Source of the DNA: Amoebophrya sp. A120 | Lineage: Eukaryota; Protista; Dinoflagellata | Assembly: GCA_905178155.1 (NCBI GenBank) | Contig: CAJINV010000002.1 | Span: 5,761,709 to 5,825,708, forward strand | Reading direction: 5' to 3' | Length of the DNA stretch: 64,000 bases | Shown here: one piece after another, positions 33,001 to 44,900 of the stretch | How positions within the stretch are numbered: the stretch's first letter is position 1 | How the letters are laid out: each line of letters opens with the position of its first letter | Position numbers and translations under genes: made by a program | Notes under the pieces: model-generated | The model's input: only the letters and a program-made list of their open reading frames with translations | Told to the model about the DNA's origin: nothing | Databases searched by the model: none

Positions 33001-34549
33001 GCGGGGCGCCACGGGCGAAAGAACGGCTGATGTTTTCGCAGCGGGACGGGATCCCGGAGAACGGGTTTATCAAAAGTAAAAATGTCTGGGTCTGGAAGGG
33101 TTGGAACTTGTGATGCAAACTTTGGAGCACACAAAAATTTGTGTTGCATGAGCGCCAAAAGCTGTCCATTTCTTGGCAAGCAAGTAGGAAGTTTCTCATG
33201 CGGGACAGGCATCATGAGGCGTGCTCAAAACCTGTGATGCTTTCGCCTGCATCAGACGCCACTTGCGTGATCCGAAATATGCATGACAAATCTCAGAATC
33301 TTCGTCTTCCAGACCCAGACATTTTTACATTTGATAGGGTTGATGATCGAGCAGTTGCGGTCCAGAATGCCGGGCTCGCTCTTCTCCCAGCGGGCACCGA
33401 ACCAGTGGGGAAAGTCCTCGAACGGATTGCGGGTGGCTAAGGATTTGACCGCCGGGGGCGACAGTACTACGAAGGATAGTAACAAGGACAATGCTAACGG
33501 GACGAACACGAACAACAGCAATTCGAGCAGCTCTTCCTCATCTGGTGGCAACAAGCAGTCGAATACAACCACGTCGAACCCCGGGTCCGCTTCTTCCCCT
33601 TCCGTCGACTTGGTCGATGCGGATATGCTGAAAGAAGTCAAGAACTCACGACCGAGCACGGAAAACGGAAAGATGAGTGACGACGAGCAGATGAAAAGCT
33701 GTTCAAAAAATTCCTCCCCCAACACGACCGGGGAGATGGAAAATGACAAGGAGGAAAACCTAGAAATGAAAGACAAAGACACGACAACAGGAGAACAACA
33801 AGATGCCGTTGCCCCGTCGAAATCCACGGAGGAAGAAGGAGGTCAGCAAACTAGTACAGAGAACAAGCACACTTCCTCTTCCTCTACCGGCGGCGGCGGC
33901 TCCGCGTCTGTCGTGGAAACGATGCTGTTGGAGGTGTGCGGGGCCCTACCACCGTCGGACTTGACCATGATGGAGAAGGAGGAAAACTCGCACGAAAATA
34001 GCAACAGCAACTCCGCGGAAAATAACCGACCGCTTTCTCTTTCGGAAAACATCGACAGGAAAATCGAGGAGTTGAAGAACGAGATTCACCGGCCGTCTGC
34101 AAAAATCCTGCCGAACAAAAGTGCTGGCTGCAACGGCGAAAACGCGACTAGTAGCTCTAGCTGTCAAAGCACGAATAGTTCCGCCAGTAAACAATACTCA
34201 ACGAACGCGAGTAGTCCGATGTTTGGGGAAAACCACATCGGAGAGGGAATGGAAGATTGCAAAATGGAAAAAATCGATTCTACTTGCAGCACTATGGCGG
34301 GCAGCAGTTCGATGGGGAGTGCGAATGGCGGGACAACTACGACGGTGAAGTCGGCTAAGCCGGTATTTTTAGAAGTGCGCTTTAGAAGTTATTATTGCCA
34401 CAGTGGTTGGTTTGCATACGAAGGTTGCTGTGCATGTTGCTGCAGGTTGCTATGCATGTTGAGAAATTTCAAAATAATGAAAATCAAAATTCATCAAACA
34501 GGCTATCCGGATCCCGAACAACCCATTTCTGCGGAGCGCGCCATACTAG
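30096..34549 (+). CDS. Protein with two RanBP2-type zinc fingers and low-complexity regions
   Basis: ZnF1 DWICAVCLDINWAHKKMCRWGC. ZnF2 GDWICDGCGDLQFARNQSCRVCGAPR appears only after removing 32643-32971. The linkage across 31456-32258 and the 3' end are inferred. Confidence 0.65.
32288..32591. mobile_element. Family C introner (304 bp), TSD CAAGA/CAAAA
   Basis: Homologous to 14664-14969; right end GTA (variant); removing 309 nt gives GHK-TVFPGDW in frame. Confidence 0.92.
32643..32966. mobile_element. Family A introner (324 bp), TSD TTGCA
   Basis: Family A TIRs; exact TSD; splits the RanBP2 finger between its two Cys pairs. Confidence 0.96.
33068..33336. mobile_element. Family D introner (269 bp), TSD GGGTT
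   Basis: TIRs TATCAAAAGTAAAAATGTCTGGGTCTGGAAG and CTTCCAGACCCAGACATTTTTACATTTGATA; removal gives ENG-LMIEQ. Confidence 0.95.
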
Positions 34550-37000
34550 CGTTCTGCGCCACAGCCATCGCGTTTCGGAAAAGAAAATGACGAATTCTTC
34601 AACACCACACAGTAGAGAAAAGAACCGCGGAGCAGGGGTGATGCTGCGACGATAAGCAGAACTCTTCGCGAAACCAAACGACAAATTCAAATTTAGTATG
34701 TGAGCAATACTAGTTTCAGTACCCAAAGCAAAGATAAACTCCACAGTTAATGACGACACAGCCGATTAGTATGTCTCCGTACACAAATAACGAGCCTCGC
34801 AGATGAAAGGACCTGAGAGGTTTTACAAAATTGTTCATATTCAGACACGATAACTCAATAAATTCGTTTCCAATATTCAAAATTATTCAATTTAAAGTTT
34901 TACAATTATAGCAAAGGCTTCTCGTGATTTTAGGTAACTTGTGATTTCGTGATTTCAGACTTGTAAGAACTTAGTCGTCCGGAAACTCGACAGAAAATAT
35001 CCACCCGTGTTGTTACAACGTGACTTACATTGTGTTACTTACCACCCTGTCTTACTGACCTCCGTTCGTTCCCAAAAGGACCTAGACTTACACTCGTTGC
35101 CCGCTCAAGCATCTTGCAATAGCGACGTGAGGATCATACTAGCAGACTCTTCGTGTTAAATGTGTGTGGCACAGAGAAAGGAAAAATTAGCATGACAGAG
35201 TCAGAACCCGTGAGGGAAAATATCTAATGACCGCCTGCTGGTGCTGCAGGTAAAGTAGACAATAACAAATTTATCAATTTACAACTATAGCAAAAATAGC
35301 ACTCCTTACAGCATTTTTTATCGGATTTGGCATATGTTAATCACTGAAGTTTTAGCTTGGGCAAAAGTACACCACGAAACCTCCTGGTGCCACAAGTGAC
35401 GGAGTGGCTTTATCATACTGGAAGGAGCTATGAAATGAATAGCATGAAGAGAAGAAGCTGCTTCTCTCACGACATATAACATCGGGCGAAAATTATGATT
35501 ATGTTACGTTTGGAGCCGTTGCAGCCGACTCACTAGGATGCGGGCGAGATATCCACCATCGAAATAGCACCAGTACAGATGTAGACTCGGTTTCGGAAAA
35601 GTAAATGCAAATGAAAAATGAACGATGTTGTCAGATGAACTACTAGGAAGACGGTTAATATTAAGTCGAGCATCACACTTCTGCTTCAGTAGCCGCAAGA
35701 GCATACGATAATGGCGATTACAATTTTCCTACTCAGACACTCTTCGCTTTTACGAAGCACAATATGTTGTGTATGATCTGCTATTCGTAGTACTTCTCCA
35801 GCTCGGACGACAATATACACGATGTTTCGAATCTTACGATAGACGCCCAACTACTCCGAAATAAAACACACCAGGACGAGATAAACCCGACACAGCATTA
35901 CGCTAAAATTCCGCTTACAAATATCCACTCTATTTCCAGTACGTCAGCTTCGTCTCTCCGCGAATTACGCAAGAGGCAGCGACGTAACACGCTGGATACC
36001 TGAACTAAAGTTTTGCTTTTACCGTAGATGTGTGTCGTGTTCTACTTTACTGGATAAACACCACCCAACGCTATTACTAGACGTAGCGCTAGCGCCATTC
36101 AGGAGTAGTTTCTGCTTTGTGATTGGCCTTGAACTACATTTCTCACTCCTAGGGAAGGAAGCTATCTTTTCAGATGATCCACTTTATGCTAGTAATTCTA
36201 AATCAGATTCCACTCGCCTCTTCTCGAGTTACCCGATGAGTGAATGTCAAACACCTCAACCTTTATACCGCCTATTACTGTAAATCTGTATGTAAAAAAA
36301 GTTCGAATCATCGTTATCGAGAATACAACTTAATTATTGAGCTATCCGCCGAAAAATGAAAAAAACAAAAACTCTCTGCGGCACTGCAACTGGATGCCGG
36401 CACTATCAAAAAGCGCCTTGATGCTATTCATTTCACGTGTTAATATTTTTGAAAATGCCGGATGGTACTGTATCTGCTACTGCTCCACCTGGTTTCGGGA
36501 GACACGATGTAGATTTGGGGTTACTTAGGGCGGGTTTTTATTAAATTTGAGAGTGTACTAGCACTAGGGTTTTGATTCACAGCCGGGCGCTGTGAGAGAG
36601 GGATGGAAACGATGTCGAAAATGTCCAAACGAGTGAAGTACTGAGAGCGAGCGAAGAAGACGAAGAAGATCCTCTTCCGAGGAGAGACCATGGTGCCACG
36701 CTTCAGTAACTAAAAGCATCTCTCGCGTTATGAAATACGATCGGTGAGGACACCGTAGTAGCGCTCTGGGTTGTGGTAGCTGCGTATCTATCATATTGAC
36801 AAGATGACGCGCGACCACGTTCTCGATGGCTTTGCTTGCTGATTCAAGCACGTGCTGCCAAGAGGAGTACTACCGTCTGCACGAGTACTAGCTGCTGTGC
36901 TTTGCTTGCGCCTGCTCCGCGATCGGCGATATAATCATACCGGACCTGTTTGTAGCAGGAGCGACCGCGTACTGAGTATCATCGGCAAGGAGAAATAAAA

Positions 37001-39251
37001 ATGAAGCCAACGAACATAGACGCGCAGCGGATCCTTGCGATCCTGCAGGAACTGAAGGAGAGGCTGACATACATGAGTGTCGTAACGCCGCAAGTGTTGG
37101 AGGGTCTGCAATCGGATGAAGGGAGCAACGTCCGAGAGCTGCTTGGTAGAAGGAGGTTCGGTTGTTTTTTCCGACGCTGATGTTGCGAAGAGATGAATGT
37201 TTTGCATGAATTATTCATGACAAGAAATAAACACACTACGATTTTTATTGCTTTCGTGGGTGCTGTGTGATCATGAATCAGGTCCGGAAACTTTCAAGCT
37301 CTTCGTTGACCAGATTATGCTGGAGGAAAATTACGTGTTGTCACACACGCAGCAGGACCAGGGCTCGGAAGCTGCCGAGAACGGCGGCGGAGGTGCGGAG
37401 CCAGAGGGCGAGGTAGAGATTTTTGCTGCGGTGAAGTAGAACTACGCGCAAGACAGTGTCAATCCTGATTCCTTTCTCTGCATGACAAGAATTATATGTA
37501 TATACATAGAAAAAGAAAAACACGCACATTGTCATCACGCTCAGGCTCGCGAACTCCTGGACCGGCTCTCGAAAAACTCGGTAGATCTGTGCCGAAAACT
37601 CAAGACAACAAACGTTATCACGGAACTGCGAAACTTTCAAGAAACAAGACCACAGCAGGTATTGTACGATACTTCTGTTGATGCGTACTTCAACTTCTAT
37701 TCTAGCATGCCTGCTTGCATCAAGTGTTATCTGCGATGCAAAAACTACAACTCTACAGGTCCTCCAACTCATCCGCACGTTAGCAGACATGGAAGAGCTT
37801 ACGCTTAAGCGCCTGGCTACCACTGTTGAAGAGGAAAGATCACGACAAGAGCTGATTGAGCACTACAAATCACGGGAAGAGGCCTCGTTGAAGAAGAAAG
37901 CGCAGTTAGAAAAGGACCTCGCCGCGGTGAGAAAGGACCGGGAGAAGGCACAGGCAAGTAGAACGGAGGTTTTGACGAAGTTGAAAGCAGATTTGTTGGA
38001 TGTGAAGGACTCCGCGGACCACAAATCAAGGGCGCTGAAAGACAAGTGAGTTTCGATTTTGTCATTCGGCTTTTGCGACTCACACTCACCCTCACGTCAA
38101 TCTTGTCATGTTTGGGGTTAAGGAAAAATAGACAACACAAATCAAAACACGAGCAAAACTCCAGGTATAACGGCCGCATGCGGGAGTTGCAAGAAAAATA
38201 TCAGAAGAAGGAAGAGCAGTACACTGCCGACATCCAGAAGTTGAGAGATCAAGTCAGATCACTCGGAAGTAGCTCACAAGAAGACGAGGTGGGACTAAGA
38301 AGAAAGAAGAAGAGGTATCATGATGAGATCGGCGCTTTAAAAATACATGTGATGCAAAGCGTATACGCGTATGTAACTCGTCGACTTCTAGTGTCGACCG
38401 ATGTGCGCCGCGTCAAGACGCAGTACTTTCGTGCAAGAAAGGCAAATTCTGTCATGCAGAATACCACATACACTTTTCCACATAACAGGTTTGAAACCGA
38501 TATTGAGGAGCTGGTGCAGAATTACGACTCCGTATTCCGCGCAGCCCACGAAGAGTACGAAACGTCACTAGTAGAATTGAGGAAAGAGCAGAAGGAGCTC
38601 TCGGAACTCGAAGACCACTTCCGAAAACTGGACTCCGAGATATGGATTGCAAATATGTCTGGGTCTGGAAGAGTGGAACTTGTAATGCTGTCTGCGGATT
38701 CTAAAAATGTCTGCGTTGCATGAGCAGCAAGAGGAGTCAGTTCTTGGCACGCAGAGAGGGCATTTCTCATGCGTAATTAGCATCAAGAAGATCTCAAAAA
38801 ATCTGTGATGCTAGCACCAGCATCACAGACCTCGCGGGTCATGCAAAATGTGTATGACAACCTCCGACTCTTCCAGACCCAGACATTTTTGCATTTGATA
38901 CGAGATTCGGAGGAACGAAATGGAGACAGAAATGGAATCTCTGCGCGACAAACTGGTGGAGGAGGAGAAGGAGAGGCAGGCGGAAGCCGCCAGCGTGCTG
39001 CAGGGATTCTGGAAGGGTACAGATTTATTTGGTTTTTTGGCAGGCAAATTGCTGATTCTGAAACTGAACCGGAATCCATGTTTTATTATGTTCTTTTTCA
39101 TGTGCGTTTTCATTTTCAAGTAGTACTGCTCGCATGACAAAGTAAATTTTCAATGCTTCTGCTGCAACACAAAGGTATGACCGGTCGTCTGGAATACCAG
39201 CAACTGAAGAAGATGAAAAAAGGAAAGAAAGGCAAGAAGGGGAAGAAGTAG
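37001..39251 (+). CDS. DRC10: Dynein regulatory complex subunit 10 / IQCD-like coiled-coil protein
   Basis: N-terminus NIDAQRILAILQELKERL; RLATTVEEE motif; long coiled coil; C-terminal IQ-like AASVLQGFWKG followed by KKGKKGKKGKK. Several GT-AG introns and one introner. Recognised by eye. Confidence 0.78.
38641..38900. mobile_element. Family D introner (260 bp), TSD CGAGA
   Basis: Family D TIRs; exact TSD; removal gives LDSE-IRRNEME. Confidence 0.95.
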
Positions 39252-41990
39252 TTGGAAGCCGTGCAGAGGAGATCATGCGCATACGGGATGATGTTGATGG
39301 ACGGTGGTGTGGAATTTCAACCTGCTACTTCATTCACTCTTTACGAGTTTGCTGCGCGGCAATTTTCTTCCTCAGATTCCATTCAGAAGTTTTCGTATCA
39401 CTTACTTTACATTACTCAGAAACTTAAAACACAGAGCAAGTTTGGGCTTGTTTTTGGATTTAGAAATGGTCAGTGCAAAAGAGGCAAGTTGATGCCAGTG
39501 TAGAGCGCTCTTCAATGCCTTACGTCAACAAGAGCGTTTCCATTTACGTACAAATTGCCTCGTGCAATTAGCTACGAACAATGATAAAGCACGCCACTAC
39601 CAGTACTACAATGAAAGTAGTATTGGCGCTGATGTTGCCGCTACAGGGAACGACACATGCGCCTTATCTCGGCTCAACAATTGTGAGGTTTTCTTTTCAA
39701 GAACGGTCAGGACTGCGACTGCATCTGCAACCGCAAAGAGATTGGATCACGAGATCACTGGCTTTTTTTTTGATATTCACTGACAAGCCAAGAAGAAACT
39801 CGAGGCAGCAAGATTACTGTTTCGATGTCATGAGATGACAGGACGATGATTTATTGTGCACACGTGTTCGACGATTGATCTTCCGGTCGGCGCTTTTACA
39901 ACCGGCGCGCCATCATCTGCTGAAAATGCATCGACAAGCAGGGCACGGCGCACAGGCACACCGACACGATCGCGAGCGCGTTGATGCGAGACAAACCGCA
40001 CGCGGCGCGCCCCATTGAAGAAGCAGCCGAGCACGCCGCCAACTTCCCCCATTTGTTTCCACTCTCGCGAGCTGCCGAAGAGCCCGCTGGAACCTCCTGC
40101 GGAGTTCAAGGGCACCCCGATCGCGGGCGCCGGCCTTTTGGGGCGCCTGCGTGGTGGAAGAGAGGCCCGCGCCCGAGTCGCGCTGTTCCGCCATTGTCTG
40201 AGCTGGCCAAGAGATCCAAACCCGACCCGCGTGGCGAAGAGCGGATCGACCAGCTGCCGCGGTCCCAGTTGCGCGAGAAGCTTCCCGCGGCCGAGAAAAC
40301 GGCCCGCGCGGCGTCGATTTGTAAAAAGCCGGGCTGGGGACGTTAGAGAGCCCGCCCGGCGTCAACGTGGCGGCGCTCGTTCCGGCGCTGGGGCCAGCAG
40401 ATGCACACTAGGGCGAGAAACCTGATCAGGCTACGCGGCGTGACGGAGGGGAAACGAGGCGGGGAGGTGGTGTGGGGCTGTTTCGCGCACGCCCCGGCGC
40501 GCCAAAGTTTACAAAGGCGCGCGGGCCCGCCCGCCCGGCCGCGCGGTCTTTCGGGGGGAGTGTCAGCGTGTGCGCTGCAGCAGCGCTATTCGGTGCGGAA
40601 GGAGGGGGCCCCACGAAGCCGATGAAGGTGGTGGCGCGCGGGCGCGCCCCGCCCGCCCGCGTTGACCGCCATGGTAAGCCAGAAATTGAAAGCGACCCCA
40701 GCGCCCGCCCCTGGTGGAAAAGCATATCGCCGCGATCTTTACGAAGGCCGGAGGCGCCATAGCCCACGCGGCGCGCCTTTGGCGCAGCGCCCCGCCCCCC
40801 CCGGGCTGCTCGGGTGTAAGGAATACGCGCGCGAGAAAAGCAGGACCCGCCCAAATTGGGCGAGGGGGCGCACATCCGCCAGGACTTCCAGGGCGCGGGC
40901 GCGTATCCTTTGGGAAGCAGGGCAGCCGCAACACATAGGGGAATGGAACAAAACTGGCGAGAAGGTCGCCGCGCAGTTAGCGAACCCGGCACAGAGAACC
41001 GGAGCCGAGTGCCAGGCGATAGCGGCCCTGGGGCAGGAAGCGGGGGAAAGCGCAAGCGGCCGGCCGCTGCCCCTCTCATTCTCTCGCTTATTGCATGGGG
41101 GCGGGGCCGGGCCGCGGCCCATTGGGTGGCTCTTCGTTATATATTCCCAGCAAGAAGGGCCCCCGGCCGCGGGGCCGGTCGAAGCCCGCCGGGGTTTTTC
41201 CGGTAGTCGCCGCGAAGGGCGGGCAGCTCGGGAGCAGCCGAAAAGGTTGCCCGCCCGCCGAGGCCGACGGGCCAACTAGAAAGAGCCCGGCGGCCGACCT
41301 CCCCGGCCCCGGCCGTCTTGGCGCTCGCCCCTGAAGCCTGCCGCGTAACCGGTCTGCCCGCCCTGTTGGGCGGGTCCGGCCACTAAAATGGCTTCTCGTT
41401 TCGAAGGAGTGGCAGCCGGAGCCGGCCCGCGCGCTTGCTTGTCGCATTGGCGGGTCGACGTTCCTGGCCGGGTGTCCGTGCGAACGGCGCGACCCGCCGC
41501 GCTCGGCATGTTCCGCAGCTGTAGTCTCACCAGGGTTTTGCCTCGCTTCACCCTGTGGCCTGGGTCCTGAAAAATTGCTGCGTCGATAATAACGTCGTGG
41601 TCGAGCCGCGCACTAGCACCCACACGGAACCATAAAACGTGGCGCGCGGTGTTCTGAAAGGAGAAGGATTCGGATTGTTTTTGGGTGTAGAGAATGGAGC
41701 GACGTCACTGCATCGAAAAACCAACCAGGAGAGTTTTCCAAAGCGGCCGCTCGTGTCAGAAAAAGGAGCGACGGTCTCAAAACGAAGCTCTGTGTCTGCA
41801 ACTGGTGCCGATGTCGAGGATTTTGCATGCATTTTTCCGAGAGCTAGTTCGTGTGGAGCGGAACGTTGTTGATAGTGGAGATCTTGTATGAAGCTGGTGC
41901 ACCAACAAGAGGCATTCATCGGAATCTCCGAGAGCTGCATGACGACTTTTTGAAAACCTCGTTGGAGTCGAAGCCGCACCGCAGCCCAGT

Positions 41991-44900
41991 ATGACGACGC
42001 CAACAAATAACACTTCCGCCACCGCCGCCATGGAGGAAACCGAAGCGCAGGCCGCCCAGCTCGACGAGGAGATGCGGGAAAAGCAGCAGCGCATCCGCGC
42101 ATTTGCGCGCCACGATTCCATGGACCGCAACCGCATGGAGGAACTGTCGCAAACCGTGTCCGATAGGGACTTGAACAAGAGTCAGATGAACACGAGCGAC
42201 GGCGATCGACACAGCGAGAGAGATCTTCACGACAACTCGCTGACTGTGCATGATCAGGAGCCGCCAGATCTGACGAAGCTTCCGTTGGAAGAACGGCGAA
42301 TCAGCATGGGCAGCGACAACGAGCTTGTGCGGGACTTCCACGAAAAGGTAGGCCGAAGGGGCACACCTGGCTACTACCACTCCATGTCCTCGGTTGGGCA
42401 AATCCTGTACGGCTCCAGCCCCTCCTCCCCGAGCGTGTTCCCGCGGTTGTCGAATTTTCTCAGCGCTCTGACCACGCGGCCGCGCGCAACTTCGATCGTC
42501 TCCTCGGTCGCAACGCCTGTGAACGGGAAGGGCGGCGACATTGCCGTGATGGAAACCGTGGAGCAAAACGTTTCGGTTTTGCCGATGAGCAAAGGCACGA
42601 CGATGTTGACGAGCGGCGGGGAGATGAGAACTAGTACAACCAGTAGCGCGCCGCCCGCTGGGATGAATAGAGTTCGATCTGCGCCGGCATCTACTTCTTC
42701 CAAGAAGAAAGCACACGATGACGATCTGATCGGGAAGAATTTGCTGCTTACTGCGGTAGGAGACGTCTCAAACAAACCTACTGATGCGGATCGGAAAACC
42801 ACATCACAGACCATCGCTAAGATGCAGCTCCCAGCGACGTTTATTGCAGGAGCTCCTTCTTCAGACGGAAACAGCATGATTCCGGGGGCCGTGAATCAAA
42901 ATATGATCAAACGAGACGACAAGGATATTCTCAACGCCGTTCCCTCCGCCCCGACTATTTTGGTGAATGGCTCAGAGTACCACACGACCCAGCAGCAAGA
43001 AGATGACGTCAAAGACAATTCAGTGGTCGTCAATGTCGGGGATTCTTCAGATGGTAACCCTACAACTTTCAGCAACATGCAACTCAACAAAAACACCAAG
43101 TCTCTCTCCTCCGATCTCAAAACACACGTCGAGACAGCCTCCGTTCGTTCGAAAAACACGCTTCTGTCCGCACCACAGAGCGGATCTGGCACGACAGCAG
43201 GAAACACGAATTCTGATGCCAATAAATTCTCGACCTCCACGACCAGCAATCGGCTCTCCGCGATTACGAACCGATCGAGCATGGTTTCCGTGACTAGCAC
43301 CACTTTAGGTAGGTTGGAGAACTTGGTGACCACGTTTTTGGGTTCGATGAATTTTGGAACACAACGGCGGGACAGTGGAAACCGGAAGTCGTCGCGATTT
43401 GGTAAAAATGGTGCAGCTCTCGACTGCGTTTTGGAGGATGATAGCTACGGGGAACCACGACAAATAATACCTGGACTGGAAAGGAGAAACGAATTGGAAG
43501 ACGCCGGCTTAGCAGCTGCTCCATTGAAGGAAAATCTAGACAGGCAAGACGAAGACTTCCTTGCAGGCACAACAAATCCGTCAAGCGGAAATAAACAAAC
43601 CAATGCCAAACCGAACATTCACGCTCGCCAATCCGCCGCGTTACACCGCAGCTACAAAGCCACGCGACAAAGTTCCTGGCTGGCGCTATTGCCGCAGACG
43701 AGATCCTGGGTCAAGATGAAGTTCGACAACAGTTGGCAAAGGTCCACAACTTTGTCGCAGGACTTTGACCTACCGGAAGGGCTGCAAAATAACGGAGTAG
43801 GCGATAGGAGCAATAAGTCCTCGCCCCGAGACGACGGATCGGGGTCAAGGTCCGGGCGTAGCTTCGGCTTTTTCTCAAGAGCGACGAGGAAAGACCGGGA
43901 TTCGTTCCTTCAGTCCACTTCCACAGCGTTAAGCTACAACGCGAAGTTTTTCTGCGTCAATTGCGCGCCGGTGATTTACTTGCTCAAATCTCTGTTCCAC
44001 ATGTTCATGAACTTTCTGCAAAAGCTCGTCTACTTCCTCTGCAGCTACGAAACCGAGCAGGAATTGTTAAAATGGCAGGCGTGGTGGGAGAAGACGTTTC
44101 GGCGCTGGTACGAAAACGTGGAGAAAACGAGTGAGCACACCGTGCATAAAGAGAAGCTGTTGCATATGGAAGCGTCAGGATTGAAATCGTCAAAGTTGAA
44201 ATAACTTGTAATGCATAAAATCGATACCAGTTGGAAGCCCAATTTCTAAGTGGTGCATGACAAATTTTCCGAGCACCGGAATCCAATCTGTCATGCTGTT
44301 TGGGCACAGACGACTGCTTTTGTCATGCTACTTTAACGGCTCTACTTCAAACCCTAAACAGGCCGCCAGTCGGCTTCACTTGCCATCCCGGCAAGACAGG
44401 CAATTCATGCCTTGCATTTTATGCATGCCAAATCATTTCAACATTGTCGATTTCAAACCTGACGCTTCGATATTGCACTCCCTCAGGTCGGAGATCTACG
44501 ACAGCAAGACCCGATACAGCATTTACGACGTGTTTGAGCCGGTGACGATTTCGCAGTCACAGTATTCGACATCGTATTCAAAAAAAAAATACCATCGCAA
44601 TCACTTTTGCACAATACAAAAATTTTCGTCATGCGCAAAAATGCATCACAGTCAAGAGTCATAGGCGATTTCCCTTTGTATTTTTGCAATACAAGAAAAA
44701 TTTGTCATGCGGGGCAAACTTCTGATGCAAAACCTCCTAAATGTGATTGTGATGGTGTTTTTTTCTAGGATACATCGTCCTCTTCGAGTACTAACAAAAA
44801 CGGTTCAAATCGGAACAACAGAAACAGCAAAGCTGCGAACAACGGAAATAAAGGTAGCAATGTCCGTTCCGGCCAGTCCGTGGCCTCCGGTGCCCGTTCG

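Noticed and set aside
39850-41617. Possible TIRs bounding the 1.7 kb GC island
   Set aside because: Only patchy complementarity (GTGC..TCGAC) and no matching TSD.
39913-41623. Many overlapping Arg/Gly/Ala/Pro-rich ORFs in the GC islands (also 52628-53886)
   Set aside because: Expected from stop-codon scarcity in GC-rich DNA; no domain signal.
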